In this document: positions 48,858-61,143 of the stretch, piece after piece
Numbering within the stretch: the stretch's first letter is position 1
Layout of the letters: the number at the start of each line of letters is the position of its first letter
DNA from: Balanoglossus misakiensis
Taxonomy: Eukaryota; Animalia; Hemichordata
Assembly: GCA_040954595.2 (NCBI GenBank)
Contig: CM082578.2
Coordinates: forward strand, 4,818,831-4,882,830
Direction: 5' to 3'
Length of the DNA stretch: 64,000 bases
Program-made: the position numbers and the translations under genes
The notes under the pieces: model-generated
Seen by the model: only the letters and a program-made list of their open reading frames with translations
What the model was told of the DNA's origin: nothing
Databases searched by the model: none

Positions 48858-51800
48858 TTATGCACGGCAGGTAATTGCCACTTCATACGGTTGTGGAGTC
48901 AGGGTTAAACCCAAGTGCCCTTCCTCACTCAATTTCTCAGTCCCCTCAGGCAAAGAGAACTTGAGCTGTTGTAGCATCGATGTGAAGAATAGGAAAAGCT
49001 CTTGCTTGGCTAAATTTGCACCCATGCAGACGCGATTGCCTTGGAGGAAAAAAAGATAAATAAATGAATAAGTGGATGAATCATTGTAAAAGTAATATGA
49101 CAAAATGCATAGTTTATTCATGACTTTGCATTTGAAATACACAGAGAAAAACTGTATGTGTCAAAATCCAGAATTCAGTTTTAGGGTATATCAGAAATAA
49201 TGGTCATTGGATCAAGCAGAATGCCACTATTCGTTAAAGTCAAAGTATAAGAAGAGCATCTCTAAAAGCGTAACAATCCTTAAGATAGTCAAACGTTGCA
49301 AGTTGAACATGTTTTAGTAAAACAACTGCAAACTATGCTATGCTTATGAGAAACACTCACAACATTTATGCCTACCTGCTGAGAATGGTAGAATACGGTC
49401 AACGTCCTTCAGTGCCTTGGAGTCCTCATCATAGAATCTTTCAGGAGAGAATTTATCGGGCTCAGGGAATGTTTTCGGGTCGTTATGAATTGACCTGCAT
49501 CATCAAAATGAAAATAATAATTATAATATTTTTGGTCTGGATCAAGCACGCTGATTGGCTGTGGCCGAGGTGTATATCCTTAACTAGAAGACCTGGAGTC
49601 TGAAATTGATAACATACAAGAGAACTCGCCTGAAAAGAACACACTTTTATGAATTCTACTGGTGTTGGCATAAAATCGTGCAAATATGCTATTATCACCT
49701 GAGAAGTCTCATATCCGCAACCAAATACCCTCGCTTGCCGTTTATACTCTATTTTGCCTTGACATAAGGTATACCCCAGAGGAAATACATGCCTTGTATG
49801 TAGATTAATTTGTAGAATTTCAAGAAAAATGAAAGTACACTTGGTTTACCCACCACAAATTCATGTGGACGGTGGTGCCCTTTGGTATGTTGTAACCATT
49901 CAGAGTTGTGTCAGTTGTTGTACAGTGTGGGGTTGTGGTTGGTGCAACACTGCCCAGCCTCTGCACTTCATTGATGGTAGCTAGAGTGTAGGGCATTTTG
50001 TCTCGGTCCTCCAGCCGTGGATGTCTGTTACATCCAATGATCTGTGTATGCAGAGAAAGACACAATCAAATAGATCTTCAAGCCTAAAGTTGCCTCATCT
50101 CTCAGGTAAGACACAATAGTGCTAATATTGTGCCTCAAATATTCCTGCGTAAATTCATGACACTAGAATGGCACTCCCTGTTTTATGCAAACCTTAACAT
50201 TCACTATAGTTGTCAAAATTCGCCTTGTAAATTATACACGAACAACAAGATCTAAAAGGGCAGATTGTAATTCAGCCAAGAGTTATCCAATCTGTATGTA
50301 CAGTGTGTTAGTCAACAAACTAATGGCTAGAAAGGCCAGGCCTAGGGTAAGCACACACAGTCAATGGATAGAATGTTAAGTACCTCTTTGATTTCATGGT
50401 AGACCTTGTCTTGAACTTCTGGGTGATTCACCATGAAGAGTATGGCCCATTCAAGCGTGGTGGAAATTGAACTTGTGCCCTGTGAAAACAAGTTCATTAT
50501 AGTGAACTGCAGCTGTGAGTCAGAAAAAATGTCGTTTTTACCATTTTGCTTCTTCTGCTCAACAAGATATGCATCAACCAAGTCACGGGTGCTATCTTTA
50601 TTCAGCGCTGCTCGATGCTCTTCGATTTGCTCACGACAGAATCGTTTGACTTCCTCAGCAGAATGTATGAATCCACCAGATTTGTTGTCGAATAACTTGC
50701 GAAGTGGTTGGGGAATATTTTCGAGTGATGCCACCTCTTGATAATGTTTGTACCATTTCGTCAAACTGTCGAGTATATCGTCGAACTTGGAGTCACCATT
50801 CTTCTTCTGCTCAACCAAGTATGCATCTATGAAATCACGGATGTTGTCTTCGTCAAATGTTGCACGATGTTCTTCAATTTGCTCACGACAGAATCGTTTG
50901 ACTTCCTCAGCAGAATGGATGAATCCACCAGATTTGTTGTCGAATAACTTGCGAAGTGGTTGGGGAATATTTTCGAGAGATGCCACCTCTTGAAAATGTT
51001 TGTACCATTTCGTCAAACTGTCTAGTATATCGTCGAACTTGGAGTCACTATTCTTCTTCTGCTCAACCAAGTATGCATCTATGAAATCACGGATTTTGTC
51101 TTCGTCAAATGTTGCACGATGTTCTTCAATTTGCTCACGACAGAACCGTTTGACTTCTTCGGCAGAATGGATGAATCCACCAGATTTGTTGTCGAATAAC
51201 TTGCGAAGTGGTTGGGGAATATTTTCGAGAGATGCCACCTCTTGAAAATGTTTGTACCATTTCGTCAAACTGTCGAGTATATCGTCGAACTTGGAGTCAC
51301 CATTCTTCTTCTGCTCAACCAAGTATGCATCTATGAAATCACGGATGTTGTCTTCATCAAATGTTGCTTTATGCTCTGCGATTTGCTCACGACAGAACCG
51401 TTTGACTTCCTCGGCAGAATGTACGAATCCACCAGATTTGTTGTCAAATAACTTGCGAAGTGGTTGGGGAATATTTTCGAGAGATGCCACCTCTTGAAAA
51501 TGTTTGTACCATTTCGTCAAACTGTCGAGTATATCGTCGAACTTGGAGTCACCATTCTTCTTCTGCTCAACCAAGTGTGCATCTATGAAATCACGGATGT
51601 TGTCTTCATCAAATGTTGCTTTATGCTCTGCGATTTGCTCACGACAGAACCGTTTGACTTCCTCGGCAGAATGTACGAATCCACCAGATTTGTTGTCAAA
51701 TAACTTGCGAAGTGGTTGGGGAATATTTTCGAGAGATGCCACCTCTTGAAAATGTTTGTACCATTTCGTCAAACTGTCGAGTATATCGTCGAACTTGGAG

Positions 51801-54169
51801 TCACCATTCTTCTTCTGCTCAACCAAGTATGCATCTATGAAATCACGGATGTTGTCTTCGTCAAATGTTGCGCGATGTTCTTCAATTTGCTCACGACAGA
51901 ACCGTTTGACTTCTTCGGCAGAAAGGACGAATCCATCAGATTTGTTGTCGAATAACTTGCGAAGTGGTTGGGGAATATTTTCGAGAGATGCCACCTCTTG
52001 AAAATGTTTGTACCATTTCGTCAGGCTGTCGAGTATATCGTCGAACTTGGAGTCACCATTCTTCTTCTGCTCAACCAAGTATGCATCTATGAAATCACGG
52101 ATGTTGTCTTCGTCAAATGTTGCACGATGTTCTTCAATTTGCTCACGACAGAACCGTTTGACTTCTTCGGCAGAAAGGACGAATCCATCAGATTTGTTGT
52201 CGAATAACTTGCGAAGTGGTTGGGGAATATTTTCGAGAGATGCCACCTCTTGAAAATGTTTGTACCATTTCGTCAAACTGTCGAGTATATCGTCGAACTT
52301 GGAGTCACCATTCTTCTTCTGCTCAACCAAGTATGCATCTATGAAATCACGGATGTTGTCTTCGTCAAATGTTGCACGATGTTCTTCAATTTGCTCACGA
52401 CAGAACCGTTTGACTTCTTCGGCAGAAAGGACGAATCCATCAGATTTGTTGTCGAATAACTTGCGAAGTGGTTGGGGAATATTTTCGAGAGATGCCACCT
52501 CTTGAAAATGTTTGTACCATTTCGTCAGGCTGTCGAGTATATCGTCGAACTTGGAGTCACCATTCTTCTTCTGCTCAACCAAGTATGCATCTATGAAATC
52601 ACGGATGTTGTCTTCGTCAAATGTTGCGCGATGTTCTTCAATTTGCTCACGACAGAACCGTTTGACTTCTTCGGCGGAATGGACGAATCCATTAGATTTG
52701 TTGTCGAATAACTTGCGAAGTGGTTGGGGAATATTTTCGAGAGATGCCACCTCTTGGAAATGTTTGTACCATTTCGTCAGGCTGTCGAGTATATCGTCGA
52801 ACTTGGAGTCACCATCCCTCTTCTGCTCAACCAAGTATGCATCTATGAAATCACGCACTTGGTCCTTATCCTGGGTTGCTCGATGCTCTTTGATTTTCTC
52901 AGAACAGAACCGTTTGACTTCGTCGGCAGAACTGCTGAATTCACCAGATTTCTTTTCCAATAACTGACGAAGAGGTTCGGGAAAATTTTCAAGATTGGCC
53001 ACCTCTTGATAGTGCTTGTACCACTGAGTCAAGCTTTGGAATACCTCGTCGAACTGCACATCGCTTTGGCCAAACCTCTTACCGAAGACTAAGGCGCAGA
53101 TAACGTTTGCTACGCTTCTGGCAAAGTGCTTCTGAAGATTCGCCTGTTTTCCATCATGCTCCTAAGAAACAAATGTATCGGATAAATTAAGCAAACATTT
53201 CATGTAAAGGGTGCACTTGCAGGTCTGGTGTAAACAAACATTTCATCAATCACATGATGTGACAACAAGTAAAGTGTATGCTGTAAGGATCACCCTCTGC
53301 AATTTGTCTGCCAATACCTTCAGTGTGTCGACCAACGCTGCCGCTTCTTCGGTAATGCTACCTTCCATGCTGGACTTTCCAAATCCCAGTTCCCTCAGGG
53401 TGACGTGTGCAAATTTTCGCTGATGTTGCCATTCTTTGGTATACTGGCTGTCACCAATGCCTACAGAAGGAACCATGGATACATGAATTGCATTTGCCTG
53501 GAATCGTCACTTGGAACTCTTTTATCACGATCTCTTTTGCTCCCACCTGTTTTAATTGCATCTGACGCTGTTCCCTTCTGCAATGGGAAACTGATATTTT
53601 GAATTGCGAGAACCGTTAGCAATTTTTAGAACGACGTAAGCCTATTTTGAATCATGTCCACCCAAACAAGATGGAACATGCTAGTTTAGCTTTTGAGCTT
53701 TCAAAATGACTACTACTTCACCCGGACAAAGAGCTCTTGGAGAACGTCTATACTACCAGACAATTGACCTATATAGGAAAATTGTCTTTCCTAAAAATTC
53801 CCCCAGATATTTACCTTCATACTGTGGGTTGAACACCCCAATGTGCCAAGATTTTGGACGATCAGCAAAATCTTTCCCCTTCTTCACCAACGCCTCTTTG
53901 ATGGTGTCCAGGCCATTGACGACCACGACAGGCTGTCCGTTCAGCTTCAAACTAAACACTTCACCATACTTTTCCTTGATCTTCAACCAATCCTTGAAGG
54001 GAGCCTTGCGTGAAGATACCAGGGCACTGCCGATGACCGGCAGCCCCCACGGACCCGGAGGAAAATTCTTGCACGGGGCCCGGTAGTGTTTGGCGGTGAT
54101 CCAAATTATCAGAGCGGTCAACAGCGCTTGAAGGAAGAAAAGTGGATCGGTTGGTATTACAGCGTACAT
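48858..54169 (-). CDS. Cytochrome P450 (clan 2, CYP2-like) with a 10x tandem F-G-H-helix expansion, about 1254 aa
   Basis: Exons 54169-53815, 53460-53318, 53161-50384, 50041-49854, 49494-49376 and 49039-48858, all GT-AG and phase-consistent (3765 nt). N-terminal membrane anchor, PPGPWGLPVIG, FADRP, WQHQR (WxxxR), GFGK, VANVIC..VFGKRF, EVQR (ExxR), PERF, and FSAGNRVCMG (haem Cys). Confidence 0.93.
50536..53055 (-). repeat. Coding tandem repeat, 10 x 252 bp (84 aa), inside P450 exon 3
   Basis: The junction ttggagtcac occurs at 50787, 51039, 51291, 51543, 51795, 52047, 52299, 52551 and 52803 (exact 252-bp period); there are no stops or frameshifts. Confidence 0.97.
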
Positions 54170-55494
54170 GTTGTATGAAACCTTCGCACACTAACAATGC
54201 GCAGTCTGATCAATGAGCATATATCTTTCTCTCAGCCCTACGCCAGTCAGGAGTGAAACGCATCCTCAGTTGGGAACGTATATAATTACTAGAGCAACCG
54301 CATCAGTATCAGTCCGCAAGGAACGACCATTTTACCGAGTGGGAGTAGTGATACGGTTTATGCCTTAAAACATAGTCCACCAGTCCTCTAATCGTATTGC
54401 GTATACATTCAAAACAGAACTAAAATTCCCTGGGAACAGGAAGAAAATTGCTAAATCAAAATAATCTCAACCAAAGAGAGTACGATTCCAACATTTGCTG
54501 ATCTCAGACAACTTATACCAATATGCTGTACGCTTTCACGTCGCATGCGTCCCAGTTTGCGTTTACATGTGTTCTAATAAACCCATTTGTTCAAAAATAA
54601 ACGTGAGCAATCATTGATCATTTTTATAATATTTGATCTCGATAACATACTTTTCGTTAAGCACACGAAGTGTCTTTAGTTTGTTTTCTGGTCCAGTAAA
54701 ACCCAACCAATCAACCAATGCTATGTTTCGATCAAGCATGTTGGTCTTTCTGAGTTTTCATGTTTATTACTAAGAATTGCTAATAATATTGAGGATAAAT
54801 TATACAGGAAACTGGTGTTCAACTTGTACATTTTAGTATTAGAACTATGTATTTAATGAATAAACGTGTCCCGTAACGCGTCCCTCGATATCAAAACATG
54901 TAGTGAAAACATGTCAAGTCTATACATGTGTGACAAGCCACGTCGCGCAAAAACGAAACAAGTAGTCCGGCCTCCTGCAAGCGCCACTTGGGTGATCCAA
55001 AAATAAATTAATCCGCAGTCCGCTCTAAGCTTCACCATTTAGTAATTGCCAATTTTACACTTTCATCTCTCGGGAACAACGGTTGGTGAGATCCTGCGAA
55101 TTAGACGACAAAAATATCAAGCGGTTACATGTATATTTTTGGTAAAATGCAGTTCTTTCAGTATACTGTTCTTTTTATACTTATATTTGTGTTTATTTCA
55201 AGAAGGCATGTGCAGAGGACAGTGCAGGTATCCCATGAATATGTATAATTTAAGAGTTAGTAACCGGCACACTATATGATTTGCATCTTTTAAATATAGA
55301 AATATGCCCCATTTCCATACGTTGTATTTATTTTTGGGTCAAATAAAACATGTATCGTGGTATCACATTTTTTTAAGAGTTCCATTAGCTTTATCTTTTT
55401 TCTATGTTTTCACCATCCTTGTTTTGTGTATCTACCGCATTTTCTTGTTCAAATTCCTGGTACGTGATGAAATGCCCAGCATTTACGAAGAACA

Positions 55495-55790
55495 CAACAC
55501 AACACAGCGCAACACAACACAACACAACACAACACAACACAACACAACACAACACAACACAACACAACACAACACAACACAACACAACACAACACAACAC
55601 AACACAACTCAACTCAACACAACACAACAAAACACAACACAACACAACACAACACAACACAACTCAACACAACACAACACAACACAACACAACACAACAC
55701 AACACAACTCAACTCAACTCAACTCAACACAACACAACACAACACAACACAACACAACACAACACAACACAACACAACACAACACAACAC
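55495..55790. repeat. (CAACA)n microsatellite
   Basis: Direct reading. Confidence 0.95.
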
Positions 55791-57593
55791 AAAATTTGAC
55801 ATCGATTATAAGCCTCGGGTGAGCGTCTGGCCTGGGCTTTGCTCTGACCTCGTTATCCGTGTACTGGACGGGGACAAAGACCGGCAGCGAGAAATACCGG
55901 AGCCTTTGATAAGAGTTTTGACATTTGACCTACAAATGACACAGGACAATGCATTTTGTCAGAGGACAACGGTTCAATGTTTGACAAAACCAAAGCCTTG
56001 ATTTGAATTTTGGTATGTGTGCTGGTTAATGTTCTGCAAATTAAATCAATCTTACACATGTATATGAGTGTAATTCAAAGCAAATAATATTATAATTTGC
56101 CAATATCTGAAATTCGGAGTGGTGCCTTTTCCTCCGCCAAATTGACTCCGTGTTAAATTCTGAGTGCACGTCGCCTTTATAATAAATTTAACATTTTGGT
56201 GAGAGCGTCGTGTCGATGAATACCACCCTTCAAATTCTTCATTTTATTAAAGAATTTGTTTCGATCCAAAGGATGGATCTTGTTTGAAGAGATCAGAGGA
56301 TTGCAGAGGATGATACTGTGGTTTGTTTTATACCGAAACTGGGATAAATATTGTAAATCTGCAGCCAGATTGTCGTGTCCTGTAACTAAGCATATTTGTA
56401 AAACTATGACTATGAGTCTATTCACATCATTCCACTACTGCACTGCATATCACATGCCCCACTACACAGAGAAAAAGAAAACACTTTTTGAAATCTTTTC
56501 AATGTTTTTTTTTTCACCGTAGTAGGAGAGGGACGGTGGTGTGCCTATTCCCGAGACCTACTTACAGTCGACTCTACAACAGACAGACAGGCAGACAGAC
56601 AGGCAGACACACATACACACACATATGAACACACTGATCCCCTGGGTCGGCAATGGACACGTACAGTCAATTATCCAATACCGCGTGCCGACGTTCAGCC
56701 ATTGCGGCAAATAGCCAGATCGAGTGTCCAGTTTTCACTTAACAACCAGCGTACCCAGCACGCCACTTAACCATTTATTTGTCAGAGTTGAGATGTTCAT
56801 GGGTTTCATCTTACAAACCAACGGACTATTTGATTACACAGTCTCTCTTATTTCACCATGTCAACCGACCACGCGAATGGAATGGAGAGACACACTTTGA
56901 CCTTAAACATAACTTGCCTTTTGACCTGCTGAGTGATAGCGCTAGGGCTGCCGTGGTTACTAGTATTAAAGACTCTATCGGCGGTCCCTTTCGCGCTCTA
57001 TCCTGTTGGAAGCGTGGTCTACATGCCAGTACATTGCTGTTCCGCCACAGCAGTTCATATCTTGCGCAGTATTGGCCCTTTCTCATACGGTTTTCAGGTT
57101 TTTTTCTCATGATACTGCTGCCCCTGATATTTGACTTCGGTGCCATGAAATTAAAAAAACTGGCTCGTACTTACAATTATTATAAGTAGCTTTTAACACC
57201 TTACAACGAACACAAAGATCTTGCATGAATATGCTAAGAACTTTTTTCTTTCATTCATATTCATATTTTTCCCACCACCTATAGTCTTTGTTTACTGCTA
57301 GGCAGTCCGTTTGATTTTTCCTCCCACACTAGGGAGTCCTCTTTGTCTTTATTCAGACCACACTCAGACCATCACCGCTGAGTAAGTTTCTTTTGTCTTG
57401 TCTCTCTACATTTATTTTTATCATTCCGTTTTACAAGTTGTCATTTTACTCAAGTCTAATTTTTTGTCCGCATGTCCAACTGCAGTTCCGACTGTTTTTA
57501 ATTTTGTCTTCGTTTCAGACTTTATTTATACAATACTCAATGAGATTTTGACAATACAGCTCATTTTTATTTTCCACCTACATTTTGCTATTT

Positions 57594-57662
57594 TTAGATC
57601 CCTGAAGAAGATCCTCAGTGAAGGATCGAAACGTTGGTAGAACAAGTTTTTAACAATAAAAC
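57594..57662 (+). ncRNA. Vestigial minimal hammerhead-ribozyme motif of a Penelope-like element end
   Basis: CTGAAGA-A-[GATCCT cagtga AGGATC]-GAAACGTT-GG followed by AATAAA; stem I pairing is poor. Confidence 0.45.
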
Positions 57663-60600
57663 TTTTTATGAAACCCGACGCTTGTCTCCTCATCGAACTA
57701 GCTTTTTTGTTGAAGTAAATTCGACTACAGGGTAAATGCACTCGGATTGAATGTAATTCAAACTTTCACTTCCTTATTCAACTTGATATGATACCCCGAG
57801 TCTCGTGAAAACCGCCATTAATACCCAATTTCCCCTAAAGTATATTTCAGCTGTAAGAGAGAGAGAGAGAGAGACAGAGAGAGAGACAGAGACAGAGAGA
57901 CATAGACAGAGAGACAGACAGACATACTCGGGAAGCAGACATCAGATAGACAGACAGAGACGGAGGTCCGTGGTCCGCTGTCGAAACATGCCTTTGGGGT
58001 TTGTTGGTACATGTCACCAATCTTTGACATTTAATTACTGTCTGCTGACCAGCAACAGTCCACAAAGACAGTCTATTGATTCTTGATCCCGCCATACTTC
58101 CGGGTACATATCGCCAGGTACTGCCACGGGTGAACATACCACACTATCTTCCGTGGGAACGGATAGGTGCGGGAGGCAGGGGGGGGGGCGTGCGTTGCCA
58201 CGATGCGCATTGGTCCTGAGCACGGCCAAAACAGATAGACAAGACTATTGTGTTGTTTGTGTTCAGTGTGGCATTGTTGTGTGAGGAAGAACGGGAATAT
58301 GTTAAATATACTACAACCGTTATAGTACTGAGCTTGTTTCCGTGAAGAGAAATTTTAGTAATACATGTATTGTATATCAAAACACAATTCTCGGCCAAAA
58401 AGTAACCAAAATAATGTAAAAAGTGGCCCACTGTGCCTCAGTCTTTAAATATTTGGACGAATGGGATTTTTTCCTCGATGATCAGACCACAGTCACGATC
58501 ATCTGATGCCGGGGAAACCACCAGATGCGCTCCGCCAGGTGAATCATCGATTCCCGTTCTGTGTCCGGCGGTCACGTCACACAGGTACAATGCTTACGTA
58601 ACGTACTTCCTGCATGGAGTAGGTTGAGTGCGATAGTACCTGACGTCACATTCAAGACAGACATGCAAATATCGTTTAGTTCCTTCTCTCTGCTCAATCG
58701 TGCATGCCAGAACAAAACCATAGATGACCTAGATCTGTGAACACAGAAATAGGTTGTTGGCAAGGAAATCGCTTTTAAGTCTATGGCGTTTTGATCTGAA
58801 AAAAAAATGAAAAAGGGAATGATCTGTGACTTACCCCGTACGAGCGCTCTAATTCGTGCGAGTGGTAGAAAAAGCCACTTCTCAATATTAGACTGAATTC
58901 CATGAAATTACAGACATTACAATCTCTTGGAAACAAAACACACACGCACACGAAAGTGGAATTTCTCACGGGTTTTGCAAACACATTCTGCCTGTTCGTA
59001 GACTTACCAGGAAAAGCAGACATGCTATGTTCATGGCATTCTAATCCATGCGGATTGCCATTTAAACTACCACACCCCTTCAAATCTCAGTGCAATTGTG
59101 CCATAGTTTTATTTCCTTGTAACAAACTGAGAAAGCGGAAGATTCCAGTTCGATATTTCTGTTCCTGGCAAAATACTTTCCCCGTTACGGAACAAAGACA
59201 TTGAAACAATTCACAATTTTAACGTAATTCGGTCAGAACAGACTCGTCAAATATAATCAGCCCCATTTCCCCCCTTCTTGACGGTATAAGATCATTACAA
59301 GATAGTCGTATTTAAAAAGAAGATGCCAGTTATTTTATATACATCCCAGTGTCAATGCTAAAATTCGTCATCATGATGACAATATATCATCTGTGAATGA
59401 ATGAATTAGGCCTAATGACTGACTGACTGACTGACTGACCGTATGGATGGATGGATGAATGAACGAACGAAAGAACGAACGAACGGATAGATGGATGGAT
59501 GAATGAATGAATGAATGGATGAATGAATTGTGATAGCAGTATGAATTTATCGAATTCTGCATTTCATACAACTACATTCAACTCTTAAAAATCGGTTGTC
59601 TTTGAACTCCTACAGGTGTGCAAGTTCGTGACCTTAGTTCTGCCCTGCCCTGCCCTGTCACGTGACCCTACCAGGAAGTAACCAGCCAAATATTAGGTCC
59701 GCAAGGAGAGAGGAAGACGAAGTGGTTTGTCGTCGAGCTGTGTCTCCCAGAGCCGTCACATTGCATTTATATTGGGCCAGTATGTTTATCTTGGATACAG
59801 GCAAGCTTCGGTCGTAGACAGGAGGAATATCATCGTCAAATATTTGCCAGTTCCTTCGAGTCTTCAACTTCAGCGAGTCGGTGCTGGACTCATAGCGTTC
59901 ACCGGCTCCTGTTATTACGCTCGGCACACACAGCATTGGGACATTTACACATGTTTATTTGCCAACACATAATAAATTTTTGTAAAGAATAAAAACAATG
60001 TTCAGTTAATACTGATGAGGGAAGACATCAGTTTCCAGTTTCAAAATCTTTTCATGGGAGCGGTGTTTTTCTTTTTTACAAGATATATATAAATTGAATC
60101 ACCACCCCCACCTGATGAGGGGGGGGGGGGGAATTTCAAAATCTTTTCAGTTCAGAAGGGGGGATTTGAAAATATTTCGGTTATGTACGGAGGGGGGGGC
60201 AAAAAATTGAATTCTCCCGCACCCCACTCCCCACCCTCTCCAGAGGTGTTTGTGAATGCAGCCTAAGCGACAGTCATATGGGTCAACCTCCTGTTGACAA
60301 AATCCGAGTCCAGGCCGTTGATCTTTGGATCGAGGACCTTATCCGAGTCCTTGATCTTTGGATCCCCAGGAAACATTAACCGGAATCCAGTCTTCGCCGC
60401 CCCCCTGCGTGGGTAATATAAAAGGACCGACAAGGGACTGCGCATGTACTGTACTTGTAGGACAGACACGAGCGAGCGTGCTTCAATTCTCTCACAAGGC
60501 GTTAAACGTTAGTTTGATTTTCATTCCGACTCTTAACACAGCATTGTGCATAGGTAAGCTAAAATCATGTCTCTTCCAAGTACATTTTGTGATATTTGTT

Positions 60601-60713
60601 ACTTTATTTCCGTTGTTTGCCCTTTTAGTAGAATTATTATCGGTGCCATTGTGCGGATTACAGAGTCCGGTATATGCTATTGCGCAGACGAGAAAAATAT
60701 GTACATGTACGTG

Positions 60714-60958
60714 TATTGTATTGTATTGTAAAGTTGTATTGTATTGTAAAGTTGTATTGTATTGTAAAGTTGTATTGTATTGTATTGTATTGTATTGTAT
60801 TGTATTGTATTGTATTGTATTGTATTGTATTGTATTGTATTGTATTGTATTGTATTGTATTGTATTGTATTGTATTGTATTGTATTGTATTGTATTGTAT
60901 TGTATTGTATTGTATTGTATTGTATTGTATTGTATTGTATTGTATTGTATTGTATTGT
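60714..60958. repeat. (TATTG)n microsatellite
   Basis: Direct reading. Confidence 0.95.
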
Positions 60959-61143
60959 AAGCGAGAAGTAAGCTTAGCTCCAATCAGTGCAAGTGGCATC
61001 CAACTTTCAGGATTGCAGTACCTCTGCCTCATGTAATAGTTTGACTCGTTTGCTTCAGTAAATATCAAAATGTCATACGAAAATTCGTATTCATGCAGCT
61101 GTTTTGTTGGTTTTTACATTTTCTCAGTCCAATCAACGACAAG

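Noticed and set aside
50433-52967. Series of repeated 69-151 aa plus-strand ORFs
   Set aside because: These are antisense shadows of the 252-bp coding repeat of the P450.
50536-53055. CRISPR-like or non-coding satellite interpretation of the regular array
   Set aside because: There are no unique spacers; the units are contiguous, in frame and homologous to P450 F-G-H helices in a eukaryotic spliced gene.
56779-57189. Overlapping 136-aa and 97-aa ORFs
   Set aside because: No recognisable motifs; probably repeat-derived.
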